Shown here: positions 31,853 through 32,000 of the stretch, in pieces
How the letters are laid out: each line of letters starts with the position of its first letter
Numbering within the stretch: position 1 is the stretch's first letter
Assembly (NCBI RefSeq): GCF_030848565.1
Contig: NZ_JAVDDV010000012.1
Span: 1-32,000, forward strand
Direction: 5' to 3'
Source of the DNA: Natronolimnohabitans sp. A-GB9
GTDB taxonomy: Archaea; Halobacteriota; Halobacteria; Halobacteriales; Natrialbaceae
Length of the DNA: 32,000 nucleotides
Made by a program: the position numbers and the translations under genes
The notes under the pieces: generated by a model
Told to the model about the DNA's origin: nothing
Databases searched by the model: none
The model's input: only the letters and a program-made list of their open reading frames with translations

Positions 31853-32000
31853 AGTCGAATCGTCCGGCCCAAAGACGCGTTTCCGTTCAACATGCGATCG
31901 GACATAAGATACGATATCGGTAGTCAAAACTGCTGGCTCTGTTCTCGCCCGGCTCGTCGGTCCTTCCAGTAACTGGTAACGGATACGCACTCCCCCTACT

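Noticed and set aside
31581-31990. Minus-strand ORFs 31581..31835 (84 aa) and 31637..31990 (117 aa)
   Set aside because: They have no motifs, atypical composition (Phe/Val/Ser/Arg-rich, few acidic residues) and low GC3 by eye. The overlapping + strand mini-ORF has a better coding signature, though it is itself uncertain.
1-32000. CRISPR arrays, tRNA/rRNA genes, transposases or integrases
   Set aside because: There are no regularly spaced direct repeats, no cloverleaf-compatible segments that I could find in the spacers, and no ORF with DDE, tyrosine or serine recombinase motifs. The palindromic repeats are irregularly spaced and mostly single, so they are not CRISPR.

Overview
High-GC (roughly 63-65% by eye) haloarchaeal chromosomal window (class Halobacteria, inferred from the acidic proteome, TATA boxes at -27 with leaderless starts, Tat lipoprotein and Bat-type HTH_10 regulators). 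I support 25 protein-coding genes and one decayed pseudogene; I saw no rRNA, tRNA or CRISPR. In order: ridA; a formate dehydrogenase pair (NuoF-like Fe-S subunit and Cys-type molybdopterin alpha subunit, ATGA-coupled); purU; alaX; the FolC-FolP fusion folCP; an rdfA-like gene plus an archaea-specific SMC-like (Sph3-like) gene; a half-size EamA protein; a Bat-type HTH_10 regulator; a 230-bp AT-rich island; a HalOD1 gene 3 nt upstream of a tungsten-type aldehyde:ferredoxin oxidoreductase; an ASCH protein; a second HTH_10 regulator divergent from a rhodanese-MBL fusion, an MFS transporter and a DUF4242 protein; a zinc-ribbon mini-protein; a 6-TM half MFS; an iron/thiamine-type ABC importer whose permease and ATPase are one 965-aa polypeptide; an ABC-2 ATPase with a 538-aa membrane partner; a decayed nitroreductase; a membrane zinc-ribbon protein; and an untracked 54-aa zinc-finger ORF. 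The most unusual signal is non-coding. A palindromic repeat family (core ATACTGYCGGACAGCAGTCCGTAT) abuts or overlaps the stop codons of six genes. It also forms two 85-nt nested-hairpin elements, after fdhA and after aor, and a perfect 16-bp inverted pair in the rdfA/EamA divergent spacer. All recognisable copies lie in the first 21.3 kb. Functions are inferred from motifs I recognise; no searches were run.
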